A stretch of DNA of 64,000 nt from Geopsychrobacteraceae bacterium (lineage in GTDB: Bacteria > Desulfobacterota > Desulfuromonadia > Desulfuromonadales > Geopsychrobacteraceae). Shown here one piece after another: positions 1 to 10,124 of the stretch (its first letter is position 1; each line of letters begins with the position of its first letter). Below the pieces are notes generated by a model. That model had not been told where the DNA came from. It was given only the letters and a program-made list of their open reading frames with translations, and did no database searches. Made by a program: the position numbers and the translations under genes. The DNA lies in assembly GCA_963676795.2 (NCBI GenBank), contig CAXXTB010000002.1, forward strand, positions 1,920,001-1,984,000, read 5' to 3'.

Positions 1-2
1 GC

Positions 3-923
3 TGTTTTGCACTCAGTATCCTGTTCTCGGTCCTGCTGCACGTCGCTGTCGTCTTGCTGCTGCCCCTGGTTCCGGACAGACCGGTTGATTCCAACCGGCA
101 GCCGACGATCGTCAAGCTGGTTGACCTCAAGGATCTGCCTGTTATCAGGCCTGACAACAGGCAGGACAAACCGGCTGAGTACGAAATCGACCAGACACCG
201 CCGGCTGAGAAACCGCTGACTCCGGTTGAATCGCAACGCAAAGCGGCTTTCGACCAACAGGTTGAAAAGGAAACGACACTCAAAGGCGAAGATGTCCGCG
301 ATCAGTCTAAAGCGGCTGTCCAACAGGAGAAGCTGCCGTCACCGACCGCCACACCCAAGGCGCGGCCGGAACAATCACCATCTCAGCAAAGAGTCGACAG
401 ACCTGCGCCGCAAACACAGCCCGAACCACTGGCCAAAACTGCAGAACCGGGTGACAAGCCGATCCTGCCGGAACTGACGACGGAACAGTTGCTCCCCTCG
501 CAGGAGACCCTCAGCCGGATCGTCCAGGGCTCAGGCAGTGAAACAGACCGGGTCAAGCAGCGCGACGATGTCGAGATTGGCGACACCGTCTGGCTCAACC
601 TGCAGAACGATCTGCTCGTCTCTTTTTTCCGGCGTTTCCACACTCAGATTGAAATGGTCTGGAACTACCCGCCCGAAGCGCTGGAAAAAAACGAGCAAGG
701 AACCCTGCTGCTGGAAATCATCGTCGACAAGAGGGGAGAACTGATCGATGTCCTGCCACGCAAGAGCAGCGGTTCGGACATCCTCGACTATGAAGCCATT
801 CAGGCCGTCTACCGGGCCGCTCCGTTCGGCGAACTGACCAGCCACTATCCCCACGAGCAGCTGAAGATCATGGCCTATTTCAGCTACCGCCTCGGTGGGA
901 AATATATCTACGGCAAACGCTGA
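3..923 (+). CDS. TonB-family energy transducer / TonB C-terminal domain protein (5' end truncated by window)
   Basis: Frame is open from base 3 (CFALSILFSVLLHVAVVLLL, TM helix with SxxxH motif); Pro/Gln-rich linker; C-terminal WNYPPEA...GTLLLEIIVDKRG...SSGSDILDYEAIQAV TonB_C signature. Confidence 0.8.
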   Translation, partial: CFALSILFSVLLHVAVVLLLPLVPDRPVDSNRQPTIVKLVDLKDLPVIRPDNRQDKPAEYEIDQTPPAEKPLTPVESQRKAAFDQQVEKETTLKGEDVRDQSKAAVQQEKLPSPTATPKARPEQSPSQQRVDRPAPQTQPEPLAKTAEPGDKPILPELTTEQLLPSQETLSRIVQGSGSETDRVKQRDDVEIGDTVWLNLQNDLLVSFFRRFHTQIEMVWNYPPEALEKNEQGTLLLEIIVDKRGELIDVLPRKSSGSDILDYEAIQAVYRAAPFGELTSHYPHEQLKIMAYFSYRLGGKYIYGKR

Positions 924-969
924 GCCAGGTAGACGACTCGCAGTGGAACGAAGCCAATATCCTGGCTTG

Positions 970-1437
970 CTATTTCGGCAGAACTGCTGTTTTTATCGCA
1001 TCCTCATCGATCGTCTCAATCTCGCCCAGGGCGCGTATCTGTTCATGGGCGTCACGGATAACCTCATCGAAGAGAGCGATAACATCAGGATCGAAACGCG
1101 AATTTTCCTCGGCAATCATCCTGAAATACTGCATCTGGTTCAGAAAGTTGTTCTGGGTGTGATGAACGGCAAACATCATAGCCTGATGAAGCTGGATTCT
1201 GTCTTTCTGCTTGCGAAGCCTCAGTCTGTAACGGATAAGATCAACAACGACAAAGGGCAAAAGCACGACAAGAACGAGCAGGAGTTCGTCCAGCTCGAAA
1301 GACTCCGATCGCTGTAGCAGGCCGATCAGTATCTCAAATAAATCGAGATCAAACGCCAGGTTCAGGATAAAAACCAGGACTGCCAGAAAGACCCCAACAA
1401 GGGTGAAGCGGAGGGAGTTCATTGCTGTCTCCTTCAT
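970..1437 (-). CDS. Small two-TM membrane protein with a C-terminal helical segment resembling a HisKA/DHp H-box
   Basis: 155-aa ORF, two hydrophobic helices, then AVHHTQNNFLNQM; AGGAG RBS before the second Met. Confidence 0.6.
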   Translation of the reverse strand: MKETAMNSLRFTLVGVFLAVLVFILNLAFDLDLFEILIGLLQRSESFELDELLLVLVVLLPFVVVDLIRYRLRLRKQKDRIQLHQAMMFAVHHTQNNFLNQMQYFRMIAEENSRFDPDVIALFDEVIRDAHEQIRALGEIETIDEDAIKTAVLPK

Positions 1438-1603
1438 GTGATCTCAAGTTGCCCGATCTGTAAAATCCGCCTTCGATAACCGAGACAGCCTGATCTCAGC
1501 TGCAGAGCCAGGGGAGCAGGCCATTGTCATTTGAAGCGGCAGCATAAGTAAAATTCCGAGCACAAAGACCCGTAACATCAGCTACAAGTATACCTGTTCG
1601 TCA

Positions 1604-2507
1604 CTACTCACGCCAATGGCGCGGGACACTGTTGTCCCGCGCGTGGCGATCGAGACGCTCGTAGAGCTTGCGCGACTCGACCAGCTGGGACTCAATGAAG
1701 TCCTAAACGTTCTGAAAACGGCTCGACAAACTTGAATATTTCGAACTGCCACTGCCGATATCGACGGACTGGGCTTCCCAATAGCTGATGTAGGCATTCA
1801 GTTCACGGAAATTCCGACTCCACCGGAGACGGTCATGCCCTCCCGGACGATCTGGAGAGTACTCGAGCTTTTTCGCAACAAGGCAGCGCCTGACAGAATC
1901 GATCGTCAGGGTGTAGCCGGAGAGGATATCCATACCGATCAGCCCACGGTAAGCCGGTGACTGATCGGTGATAATGTGGGCCGACACAACCTGCTCCCGG
2001 ATCGGGCCAACACTCAGCTCATCCAGAATCGCCCGTGCCGCGACCTGGTTGCCGCCGATCCCCCGCACCAGGACAAACAGGTTATTCCCCTCTTCACTGA
2101 GCAGGCCAAGCTCCCGGCCAGGCTCGCCGACAAAATCAGCCCCGGCGAACCGGTATCGACGAGAATCGGCGCGGCCACCCTGTTGTTGAAGGTGATCTCG
2201 ACGATAACCCGGTCAGCCAGCCCCTCACGATGGTTGTAAGGGATGATAATCTCCTGCTCGGACCCGTGTTCCGCAATCTTGTCTCGGACAGCTGCTGACG
2301 AGCCTGGGTTGCCCCTTTGACAAAATTGAGATTGTCGTATGAGCCTTGGGTATCCCGCACCCCGGGACGGTATTCGGTGGGGACTTGCTGAAGAGAGTCG
2401 GTAAAGTGAAGTTTTCCCTGGGCATCACGCCAGCGATAGATCTCAGCAAGTGCGTCTGTGCAGGCCAGAACCAGGACGACCAGCAGTAACCAACGGAAAC
2501 ACCTCAC
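1604..2507 (-). pseudogene. Disrupted exported DUF4124 + retropepsin-like aspartyl protease
   Basis: GTG at 2507 after AAGGAGG; signal peptide + EIYRWRDAQGKLHFTD (DUF4124); catalytic ILVDTGS lies in a second frame (~2150-2166); GLIGMDIL lies in a third frame; in-frame TAG at 1703-1705, after which coding-like sequence continues to VPRHWRE* at 1604. Confidence 0.8.
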
Positions 2508-2585
2508 GATCCCCTCCTTGCAATGACAGACGCCTGAAACTGCAACGCAACAACAGGCAACGGACAAGAGCTGAGCAAAAAGCGT

Positions 2586-2616
2586 AAAAAAAAAGTCCGA
2601 CACAGGTCGGACTTTT
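2586..2616 (-). terminator. Intrinsic terminator after gcvPB
   Basis: AAAAGTCCGAC-acag-GTCGGACTTTT hairpin with a long U-run on the minus strand. Confidence 0.8.
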
Positions 2617-2629
2617 CGAAAAACAGGAT

Positions 2630-4096
2630 CTATTGAGCGTCAGCTTCACGCCAGCGCAACTTGGGCTTGCGCGCCGCTGCGGCTTCATCCAGGCGTTTGA
2701 CCTTGGCCCTCACCGGTGCCTGATGCAACTTATCCGGATCGCTCTTCGCCTCGTCAGCGATCGCCAGCAGGGCATCACAGAAGTCATCCAGGGCCTGTTT
2801 GCTTTCGGTTTCCGTCGGTTCGATCATCAGGGCACCGCGTACAACCAGCGGGAAGTAGATTGTCGGCGGATGATAACCATAGTCGATCAGGCGCTTGGCA
2901 ACATCAAGGGTATGGCAATCGTTCTCCAGGGCCGCTTCGGAGAAGACAACCTCATGCAGGGAGCGATGCTTATGCGGCAGGTCGTAAACCCCTTCCAGCC
3001 GCGAACGGATATAGTTGGCGTTCAAAACTGCCAGCTCAGTCGCTCTCTTCAGCCCCTCTCCGCCCATAGCCAGGATGTAGGCATAGGCACGGACCAGAAC
3101 CCCGAAATGCCCGTAGAAGGATTTAACCCGGCCGATCGACTGAGGACGGTCGTAGTCCAGCAGGTAAGTTTCGCCATCTTTGACAACAACAGGTTTCGGC
3201 AGGAACGGAATCAGCTTTTCAGCGACCCCGACCGGTCCTGCTCCCGGCCCGCCTCCACCGTGAGGCGTCGAAAAGGTTTTATGGAGGTTGAAATGCATAA
3301 CGTCAATGCCCCAGTCGCCCGGGCGGCTCATCCCCATCAGGGCGTTGAAGTTGGCGCCGTCGCAATAGACCAGACCACCTTTTGCGTGAACCAGGTCGCA
3401 GATCTCCCTGATCTCAGGTTCGAAGAGGCCCAGAGTATTGGGATTGGTGATCATCAGCCCGGCGACCGTCTCATCCATCACCTCGGCAACGGCTTCCTTG
3501 CTCAGGAAGCTGTTGGTCTTGACGGTTATCACATCAAAACCGCACAGCGCCGCAGAGGCCGGATTGGTCCCGTGTGCGGTATCGGGGATGATAACCTTGG
3601 TGCGCTTCTGCCCTTTGGATTCATGATAGGCGCGGATCATCAACATCCCGGCAAATTCACCCTGCGCTCCGGCCGCCGGCTGGAGAGTAACCGCGGGAAA
3701 ACCGCTGACCTCAGCCAGATCCTGCTGCAGGTTATACATCAGCTCGAGAGCGCCCTGATTGAGTGCTTCAGGAGTCTGAGGATGTATCTCGGCAAAACCG
3801 GGCAGACGTGCGGCCGCTTCATTGACCTTGGGATTGTACTTCATGGTGCAGCTGCCCAGCGGATAGAAGCCGGTGTCTACGCCATAGTTCCAGGTCGACA
3901 ACCTGGTGTAATGACGAACGACATCCACCTCAGACAGTTCAGGGAAGCCGGCAATCTCTTCGCGCAGCAGTTCGGCTGCTGGCTTCATCTCCGGGACATC
4001 GAGAGCGGCAATACTGTAGCCGACCCGCCCTTCTTGAGATTGTTCAAACAGCAGCTTTTCATCCAGGATCAACCCCTGCCCTTGTGTATCGATCAT
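2630..4096 (-). CDS. gcvPB: Glycine dehydrogenase (decarboxylating) subunit 2
   Basis: PLGSCTMKYNP, AHGTNPASA, HFNLHKTFSTPHGGGGPG (PLP lysine), IEPTETESK. Confidence 0.97.
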   Translation of the reverse strand: MIDTQGQGLILDEKLLFEQSQEGRVGYSIAALDVPEMKPAAELLREEIAGFPELSEVDVVRHYTRLSTWNYGVDTGFYPLGSCTMKYNPKVNEAAARLPGFAEIHPQTPEALNQGALELMYNLQQDLAEVSGFPAVTLQPAAGAQGEFAGMLMIRAYHESKGQKRTKVIIPDTAHGTNPASAALCGFDVITVKTNSFLSKEAVAEVMDETVAGLMITNPNTLGLFEPEIREICDLVHAKGGLVYCDGANFNALMGMSRPGDWGIDVMHFNLHKTFSTPHGGGGPGAGPVGVAEKLIPFLPKPVVVKDGETYLLDYDRPQSIGRVKSFYGHFGVLVRAYAYILAMGGEGLKRATELAVLNANYIRSRLEGVYDLPHKHRSLHEVVFSEAALENDCHTLDVAKRLIDYGYHPPTIYFPLVVRGALMIEPTETESKQALDDFCDALLAIADEAKSDPDKLHQAPVRAKVKRLDEAAAARKPKLRWREADAQ

Positions 4097-5442
4097 GCTG
4101 CACCTCCGGCAAGAGCTTCGACCAAACGGTCGATCTGCTCGCGACTGTTCTGCTCAGTCACACAGATGAGCAGCCCGTTTGCAAATTCTGAATAATCCCG
4201 GCCAATGGCGATACCCGGAAGGATCCCCTGCTCCTGCAGACGCACCTTCAGTTCAGCGACAGGACCGGGACAAAGAACGACAAACTCGTTGAAGCTCTCA
4301 GCAACGAATGCCAGCTGATAACCCTCCAAGGCCGCAATTTTGTTCTTTGCATAGCTCGCCTTAGCATAATTGACCTCGGCAAGCTTGCGCAGCCCTTGCT
4401 TGCCGTGCAGAGCCAGGTAGATACCGACCATCAGGGTGCACATCCCCTGGTTGGAACAGATATTGGAGGTCGCTTTCTCGCGGCGGATATGCTGTTCACG
4501 AGTTGCCAGGGTCAACACAAAGCCACGCTTGCCATCCAGATCGGTCGTCTCACCGACCAGGCGGCCGGGAAGACTGCGCATGTCCTTGTCCTTGACCGCA
4601 AAGAAGCCAATCCCCGGCCCGCCGAAGGACATCGGGATACCGAAGCTCTGCCCTTCACCGACAACGATATCGGCACCCAGTTCGCCCGGCGATTTGTAAA
4701 GCGCCAGAGCCAGGGGTTCCGGAACCGCAGCAACCAGGCGGGCACCCGCGTCATGCGCCTTCTCGGCAATAGCTGCCAAATCCTCGATATTCCCCAGGTA
4801 ATTCGGATAACCGACAATCACGGCAGCACTGTTTTCATCGAGCAGCGCTTCAAGGGCAACCAGATCAGTAACACCCTCCGCCAGCGGTGCTTCGACCAGC
4901 TCAACGTTCAGATACTGGCAGTAGGTCCGGACTGTTTCGCGATACTGCGGAGGCAAGGCCCGGGAGAGAATAACCTTATGACGTTTCTTTCCGGCCCGAA
5001 CGGCAAGCAGAGCGGCTTCTGCACAGGCAGAAGCCCCGTCATACATCGATGCGTTAGCCACATCCATACCGGTCAGCTGACAGATCATCGTCTGAAATTC
5101 AAAGATCGCCTGCAGGGTCCCCTGACTGATTTCCGGCTGATACGGCGTATAGGCCGTATAAAACTCACTGCGGCTGACCAGATGATCGACAACCGTCGGG
5201 ATGAAGTGATTATAGGAACCACCCCCCAGAAAAGAGTCCCACTCGGAAACACCGGAATTGGCCGCAGCCAGGCGGCGCAGTTCTGCAAGCACCTCTGATT
5301 CTGATTTCTCCGCTGCGATATTCAGCGGACGGTTCAGACGACTGCTTTGCGGAATTCCGGAAAACAGTTCCTCAGTGCTGGCAACGCCAATATTGTCCAG
5401 CATCTGACGCATCTCAGCATCAGTATGAGGTAGATAACGCAT
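4093..5442 (-). CDS. gcvPA: Glycine dehydrogenase (decarboxylating) subunit 1
   Basis: MRYLPHT start, EFYTAYTPYQPEISQGTLQ, NASMYDGA, REQHIRREKATSNICSNQ; 4-nt overlap with gcvPB. Confidence 0.97.
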   Translation of the reverse strand: MRYLPHTDAEMRQMLDNIGVASTEELFSGIPQSSRLNRPLNIAAEKSESEVLAELRRLAAANSGVSEWDSFLGGGSYNHFIPTVVDHLVSRSEFYTAYTPYQPEISQGTLQAIFEFQTMICQLTGMDVANASMYDGASACAEAALLAVRAGKKRHKVILSRALPPQYRETVRTYCQYLNVELVEAPLAEGVTDLVALEALLDENSAAVIVGYPNYLGNIEDLAAIAEKAHDAGARLVAAVPEPLALALYKSPGELGADIVVGEGQSFGIPMSFGGPGIGFFAVKDKDMRSLPGRLVGETTDLDGKRGFVLTLATREQHIRREKATSNICSNQGMCTLMVGIYLALHGKQGLRKLAEVNYAKASYAKNKIAALEGYQLAFVAESFNEFVVLCPGPVAELKVRLQEQGILPGIAIGRDYSEFANGLLICVTEQNSREQIDRLVEALAGGAA

Positions 5443-5544
5443 ATTCACCCCTTCACAAACAGTGTCAAGAACAGAAACCCAAGACACTGAAGTTACGTAT
5501 TAATCCCAACGCTCACGGAGAAAGCGTCAGGCTGGACAGCTCAG

Positions 5545-5651
5545 GCAAAAACGCCAAATGCAGGGCACGTTACTTCAGCTCGACAAAGCGCACCGCGCTC
5601 TACCGAAGCAGTAAGACAGGGTCAGCAACGCAGCAGATGGAGAGTTTTTGC
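5545..5651. repeat. Degenerate MITE/REP-like palindromic intergenic element
   Basis: ~107 bp bounded by imperfect inverted ends GCAAAAACGCCAAATGC ... GCAGATGGAGAGTTTTTGC; resembles a dispersed repeat I recall from deltaproteobacterial genomes (unverified); single copy in this window. Confidence 0.5.
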
Positions 5652-5658
5652 AACGCTA

Positions 5659-6042
5659 TCAATCCTGCTCGATAAACTCCTGGTATGCAGCAGCATCCAT
5701 CAGGTCATCAAGCTCATCTGGGTCGGACAGTTTGATCTTGACCATCCAGCCATCCTCATAAGGGGAGCTGTTCAGCATCTCTGGCTCATCAGGCAGGTCT
5801 TCATTGACTTCAACAACTTCGCCACTGACCGGAGAATAGACATCGGAAACGGCTTTGACCGATTCAACGACCCCAAAATTCTTACCCATCTCAACGGTAT
5901 CGCCAACTTCCGGAAGTTCAACGAACACGACGTCGCCAAGCTGATCCTGGGCGAAATCGGTAATCCCGACAGTTACGATATCATCTTCGATCAAGACCCA
6001 CTCATGCTCCTCGGTATACTTGAGCTCTTCAGGAAAATCCAT
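5659..6042 (-). CDS. gcvH: Glycine cleavage system H protein
   Basis: [29 protein letters not shown] lipoyl-Lys motif, strong GAGGAGGAG RBS. Confidence 0.97.
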   Translation of the reverse strand: MDFPEELKYTEEHEWVLIEDDIVTVGITDFAQDQLGDVVFVELPEVGDTVEMGKNFGVVESVKAVSDVYSPVSGEVVEVNEDLPDEPEMLNSSPYEDGWMVKIKLSDPDELDDLMDAAAYQEFIEQD

Positions 6043-6101
6043 ACTCTCCTCCTCACACGTCTGCTAAAACCCACACAGGGGATGATTGTTTAATTCTGTA
6101 A

Positions 6102-7190
6102 CTAAGCGACAAAAGGCAATGCTGTACGTACTGCCGGAATTTGCCGATTCCTGATGCCAATTTCAAGTGTTTTTTCAGATTCGGCGCAATCAAAATCAAT
6201 TAAAGCGAGCGCGATCCCCTTTTTCAGACTCGGCGACATGGTGCCACTGGTGACATAGCCGACTTCCTGCCCCTCACAATAGACCGGGTAACCTTCACGG
6301 GGAACCCCGGCAGCGTCGAGAGTCAGACCGATCAGCTGACGCTTAAGACCTTCCGCTTTTGCTGCTTCCAGCGCTGCACGACCAACGAAATCGCCCTTTT
6401 TGAATTTGGTGATCCAGCCGAGCCTGGCTTCAATCGGCATAATATCCTGAGTGATCTCATGGCCATACAGGGCATAAGCCTTTTCCAGGCGCAGGGTATC
6501 TCGGGCGCCGAGACCGATCGGCTGCAGCCCGTATTCTGCACCAGCCGCCATAACCGCCTGCCACAGAGCCGGCCCGTCAGCTGCAGGGCAGTAGAGCTCA
6601 AAACCGTCTTCCCCGGTATAGCCGGTGCGCGAGATCAGGGTTACAACACCTGCAACCGACCCTTCACAGAAGTGATAATACTTGAGGGCCGGCAGGTCGG
6701 CAGCGGTCAGGCTGGCCAGGATCGCCTCGGAACGAGGTCCCTGCAGGGCCAGCTGGGCGTATTCCGGACTGCGATCAACAATTGTCAGATCGGAGTAGGA
6801 AGACGCTTCCTTCAGACCGACAATCCAGGCGTAATCCTTTTCAATATTCGCCGCATTGACGCACAGCAGATAGCGCTCAGCCGAATACCGATAAAGAGTC
6901 AGGTCATCAACCACGCCACCTTCCGGGTAGCAGAGAGCCGTATACTGAACCTGTCCGTCAACGAGCAAAGAGGCATCGTTGGTTGTCGCATATTGTAAAA
7001 ATGCCAGGGCATCGTGGCCTGCCACTTCGATTTCGCCCATGTGCGAGACATCGAAAAGCCCGGCAGCCTGTCTGACCGCCAGATGTTCCGCAATAACACC
7101 GGCATACTGAACCGGCATATCCCAGCCGCCGAACTCAACCATACGCGCACCCAGCTGACGATGCAGACTGTTCAGTGGAGTTTTTTTCAT
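6102..7190 (-). CDS. gcvT: Glycine cleavage system aminomethyltransferase T
   Basis: FGGWDMPVQY, LFDVSHMGE, SRTGYTGEDGFE, GLGARDTLRLE. Confidence 0.97.
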   Translation of the reverse strand: MKKTPLNSLHRQLGARMVEFGGWDMPVQYAGVIAEHLAVRQAAGLFDVSHMGEIEVAGHDALAFLQYATTNDASLLVDGQVQYTALCYPEGGVVDDLTLYRYSAERYLLCVNAANIEKDYAWIVGLKEASSYSDLTIVDRSPEYAQLALQGPRSEAILASLTAADLPALKYYHFCEGSVAGVVTLISRTGYTGEDGFELYCPAADGPALWQAVMAAGAEYGLQPIGLGARDTLRLEKAYALYGHEITQDIMPIEARLGWITKFKKGDFVGRAALEAAKAEGLKRQLIGLTLDAAGVPREGYPVYCEGQEVGYVTSGTMSPSLKKGIALALIDFDCAESEKTLEIGIRNRQIPAVRTALPFVA

Positions 7191-7224
7191 CGATTGCCCT
7201 CCTTGAGCAAAATCCCGACTTCCA

Positions 7225-8079
7225 TCAGGACAAAATAGCAGGGATCAGTTCTTCCTGGCCGAGCGTCATCAGATGAACGCCCTGACACAGATCCCTGGCC
7301 CATGAAACTGCTTCACGGGCGATCTCAATACCTTCAGCCAGCGGATCCTCTGCCAGCTCCATGCGCCTGGCAAGCTCTTCAGGAACCTGAACCCCGGGAA
7401 TCCTACTGTTGAGAAATTTCACCATCCGGGAGTTTTTCAACAGCAGGACACCCAGAATGACCGGAACCCCGGTTGAACGAACCGCCCCCATATATTGAAC
7501 CAGATCATCACGGCAAAACACAGCCTGAGTCTGAAAAAACTGCGTACCACAGGCAATTTTTTTCTGCACTTTGGCAAGAACGAGATGACGCGGCTGAGCT
7601 GACGGCACCGTTGCAGCCCCGACAAAGAAGTGAGGAGCTGATGAAAGTCTGTTTCCGGCGAGGTCATAGCCGCGTTGTAACAGGTCAGCGGTCTGGATCA
7701 ACTGCACTGAATCGAGGTCAAAAACCGGCTTGGCGTCAACATGATCACCGATTTGAGGGTGATCTCCGGTCAGCAGCAGCAGATTCTCGATCCCGAGTGC
7801 CGCAGCCGCGAGCAGATCCGACTGCAATGCCATACGGCTGCGATCGCGGCAGGTCATCTGCAGCACAGGCTCAAGCCCGCTTTCAACCAGCAGGTGAGCA
7901 ACGGCGAGCGGAGCCATCCGCATGCAGGCTCCCTGATTATCTGTCACATTGAGCGCATCGATGCCGGACAGCGTTTTAGCCAGCATCAACAGACGGGTCA
8001 GATCACACCCTTTCGGCGGCGCGATCTCCGTGGTAACGACAAACTCACCACGGGCCAGCTTTTCTGAGAGAATGCTCAT
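7225..8079 (-). CDS. metF: Methylenetetrahydrofolate reductase catalytic subunit
   Basis: EIAPPKG, NVTDNQ, QMTCRDRSRMALQSDL, LTGDH, FFQTQAVF. Confidence 0.88.
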   Translation of the reverse strand: MSILSEKLARGEFVVTTEIAPPKGCDLTRLLMLAKTLSGIDALNVTDNQGACMRMAPLAVAHLLVESGLEPVLQMTCRDRSRMALQSDLLAAAALGIENLLLLTGDHPQIGDHVDAKPVFDLDSVQLIQTADLLQRGYDLAGNRLSSAPHFFVGAATVPSAQPRHLVLAKVQKKIACGTQFFQTQAVFCRDDLVQYMGAVRSTGVPVILGVLLLKNSRMVKFLNSRIPGVQVPEELARRMELAEDPLAEGIEIAREAVSWARDLCQGVHLMTLGQEELIPAILS

Positions 8080-8744
8080 CAGTCTTTATCCCGCTGCGGT
8101 TTACGCGCAATATGAAGCTGGCCAGGCTTGAATTTGCGGCTCCAGTTCTTCGGGGCAACAACCTGACTGAGCACCTCGCTGCCGCTTCTGTCCAGCCTTT
8201 CCGCGATTCTGACCCAGGCACAGGAACGACTGCTGTTGACTTCGCAACGGCCATCTTCCATGCCACCACAGGGGCCGTTCAATAACCCCTTGGCACAGGT
8301 TGTAACCGGGCAAATACCGCCAGTCTGGTTGAGAATACAGTCTCCACAGATCGAGCACTTTTCTTCAAACTGGCCAAAACGTCTGACATTGCCGACGAAA
8401 AGCGGATCAACTGCGGTAAAGACCGGCTTGTCGGTTGAATCACTGAGCGACTGGGCGCCGGCACCACAGGCCATAACCAGGAAAGCATCAGCCTGCTCGA
8501 CCTGGGCTTTATGAACCCGTAGTTCACGCGCCGCAAGCATGATATGACAGGCTTCATCGAGAATGAAGCTGCCCACGACCTGATGACCGATCCCTTCCAG
8601 CCACTCCCTCATCGCCTGCACTTCTTCCTCGCCGCCAACCTTGCAGACCGTCGCACAGGAACCGCAGCCGACCAAGAAAACTGCAGGATAGGAAGCCAGC
8701 AGCTGCCGTAGCTGCTGACGATCTTTCGCTGAACTGACAATCAC
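8079..8744 (-). CDS. metV: MetV-type Cys-rich FeS/Zn subunit of MTHFR (MTHFR_C domain)
   Basis: GCGSCATVCKVGG and CSICGDC...CPVTTCAKGLLNGPCGG...CEV...CAW; stop/start overlap with metF. Confidence 0.85.
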   Translation of the reverse strand: MIVSSAKDRQQLRQLLASYPAVFLVGCGSCATVCKVGGEEEVQAMREWLEGIGHQVVGSFILDEACHIMLAARELRVHKAQVEQADAFLVMACGAGAQSLSDSTDKPVFTAVDPLFVGNVRRFGQFEEKCSICGDCILNQTGGICPVTTCAKGLLNGPCGGMEDGRCEVNSSRSCAWVRIAERLDRSGSEVLSQVVAPKNWSRKFKPGQLHIARKPQRDKD

Positions 8745-8761
8745 GAATCTAAAAGTACTTT

Positions 8762-9607
8762 CTACGCACGTCTTTTGGCGCTGGTCAGCGTATTGTAAAG
8801 CAACATGGTGATGGTCATCGGCCCAACGCCACCCGGCACTGGCGTTATGGCCGAAGCCCTTTCACAGGCTGCGGCAAACTCGACATCACCGACCAGTTTT
8901 TTCTCTGCGACACGATTGACACCGACATCGATAACAACCGCCCCTTCCTTGATCCACTCCCCCTTGATCATTTCAGGTCGGCCGACAGCTGCGATGACAA
9001 CATCAGCCGCTCTAACCTTATGGACCAGATCGAGAGTCCGGGAATGACAGATCGTCACGGTTGCGTCCTGGGCCAGGCACATCAGCGCGACCGGCTTGCC
9101 GACGATATTGGAACGACCGACAACGACCACCTCTTTGCCACGCAGATCGACACCGCTGCGCTCCAGCAATTTCATGACCCCGTAGGGGGTGCAGGGCTGA
9201 AACAACGGCTTGCCGACGGCCAGACGGCCGACATTATAGGGATGAAAGGCATCGACGTCTTTTTCAGGAGAGATGGCTTCAAGAATTTTCGCTTCGTCAA
9301 TATGTTCAGGCAGTGGCAACTGGACAAGAATACCGTCGATCCGCACATCCTGATTGAGCGAGGAGATCAGATCGAGCAGCTCCGCTTCACGGGTTGAAGC
9401 CGGCAATTTGTATTCGGCGGAAAAAATGCCCGCCGCCGCACAGGCCTTCTCTTTCATCGAGACATAAACCCTGCTCGCCGGGTCCTCCCCCACCAGAACG
9501 ACCGCCAGCCCCGGGGTTACGCCCTTTTCGATCAAGGCCTGTGTTTCTGCCGCAATTTCCTGACGCATTTCTGCGGCTATCGCCTTGCCATCAATAATAT
9601 CTGCCAC
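8762..9607 (-). CDS. folD: Methylenetetrahydrofolate dehydrogenase/cyclohydrolase
   Basis: [50 protein letters not shown]. Confidence 0.97.
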   Translation of the reverse strand: MADIIDGKAIAAEMRQEIAAETQALIEKGVTPGLAVVLVGEDPASRVYVSMKEKACAAAGIFSAEYKLPASTREAELLDLISSLNQDVRIDGILVQLPLPEHIDEAKILEAISPEKDVDAFHPYNVGRLAVGKPLFQPCTPYGVMKLLERSGVDLRGKEVVVVGRSNIVGKPVALMCLAQDATVTICHSRTLDLVHKVRAADVVIAAVGRPEMIKGEWIKEGAVVIDVGVNRVAEKKLVGDVEFAAACERASAITPVPGGVGPMTITMLLYNTLTSAKRRA

Positions 9608-9749
9608 TTAATACCTCCAAAACACTCAAGTTGCATCGGCACCCGATCCACACAAAACCGCTCAAAATCAAACAGAGTTACAGATCAGACACATGCCTGT
9701 TATATAGGGGCTCGAAATGTATTTCAACCTGCTTTTATTGGCCCCGGGC

Positions 9750-9782
9750 AAAAAAAAACCTGCCATCAAATGACGGCAGGTT
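9750..9782 (-). terminator. Intrinsic terminator after the FmdB-family gene
   Basis: AACCTGCCATCA-aa-TGACGGCAGGTT hairpin with U-run on the minus strand. Confidence 0.7.
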
Positions 9783-9806
9783 GCGATTTTTTCTAACTCT
9801 GAAAAA

Positions 9807-10055
9807 TCAGCCGTTGGCTGCCTTAGGGCAGCCCGAACAAGCCTCGCTGCCTGAAGACGCCGCAGAGCATGACGCCTTTCCGGTGTAGCCCTGATCATAC
9901 CAGCCACCACCTTTCAAGGCAAAACCGGTCTGGGAGATCATTTTCTTCACCTCGCCACCGCACTCTTTACAGGTTTCGAGCGGGGCATCTGAAAACTTCT
10001 GTCTGACTTCCATGATCAGGCCGCAGGCCTGACACTGATATTCGTACAAAGGCAT
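9807..10055 (-). CDS. FmdB-family zinc-ribbon protein
   Basis: MPLYEYQCQACG...CKECGG...GFALKGGGWY; GGAGG RBS. Confidence 0.9.
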   Translation of the reverse strand: MPLYEYQCQACGLIMEVRQKFSDAPLETCKECGGEVKKMISQTGFALKGGGWYDQGYTGKASCSAASSGSEACSGCPKAANG

Positions 10056-10095
10056 AATTTAGGTTCCTCCTGTGCTTTTTTCCACAACCTGTCGG

Positions 10096-10124
10096 ATTCT
10101 ATGAGAAGACAATCCCAGTGTCAA
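10096..10124 (-). promoter_or_regulatory. Sigma70 promoter for the FmdB-family gene
   Basis: TTGACA-17-TAGAAT on the minus strand. Confidence 0.7.

Noticed and set aside
1703..1705. In-frame TAG as pyrrolysine or programmed readthrough
   Set aside because: The same gene has two frameshifts and no pyl genes are in the window; decay is simpler
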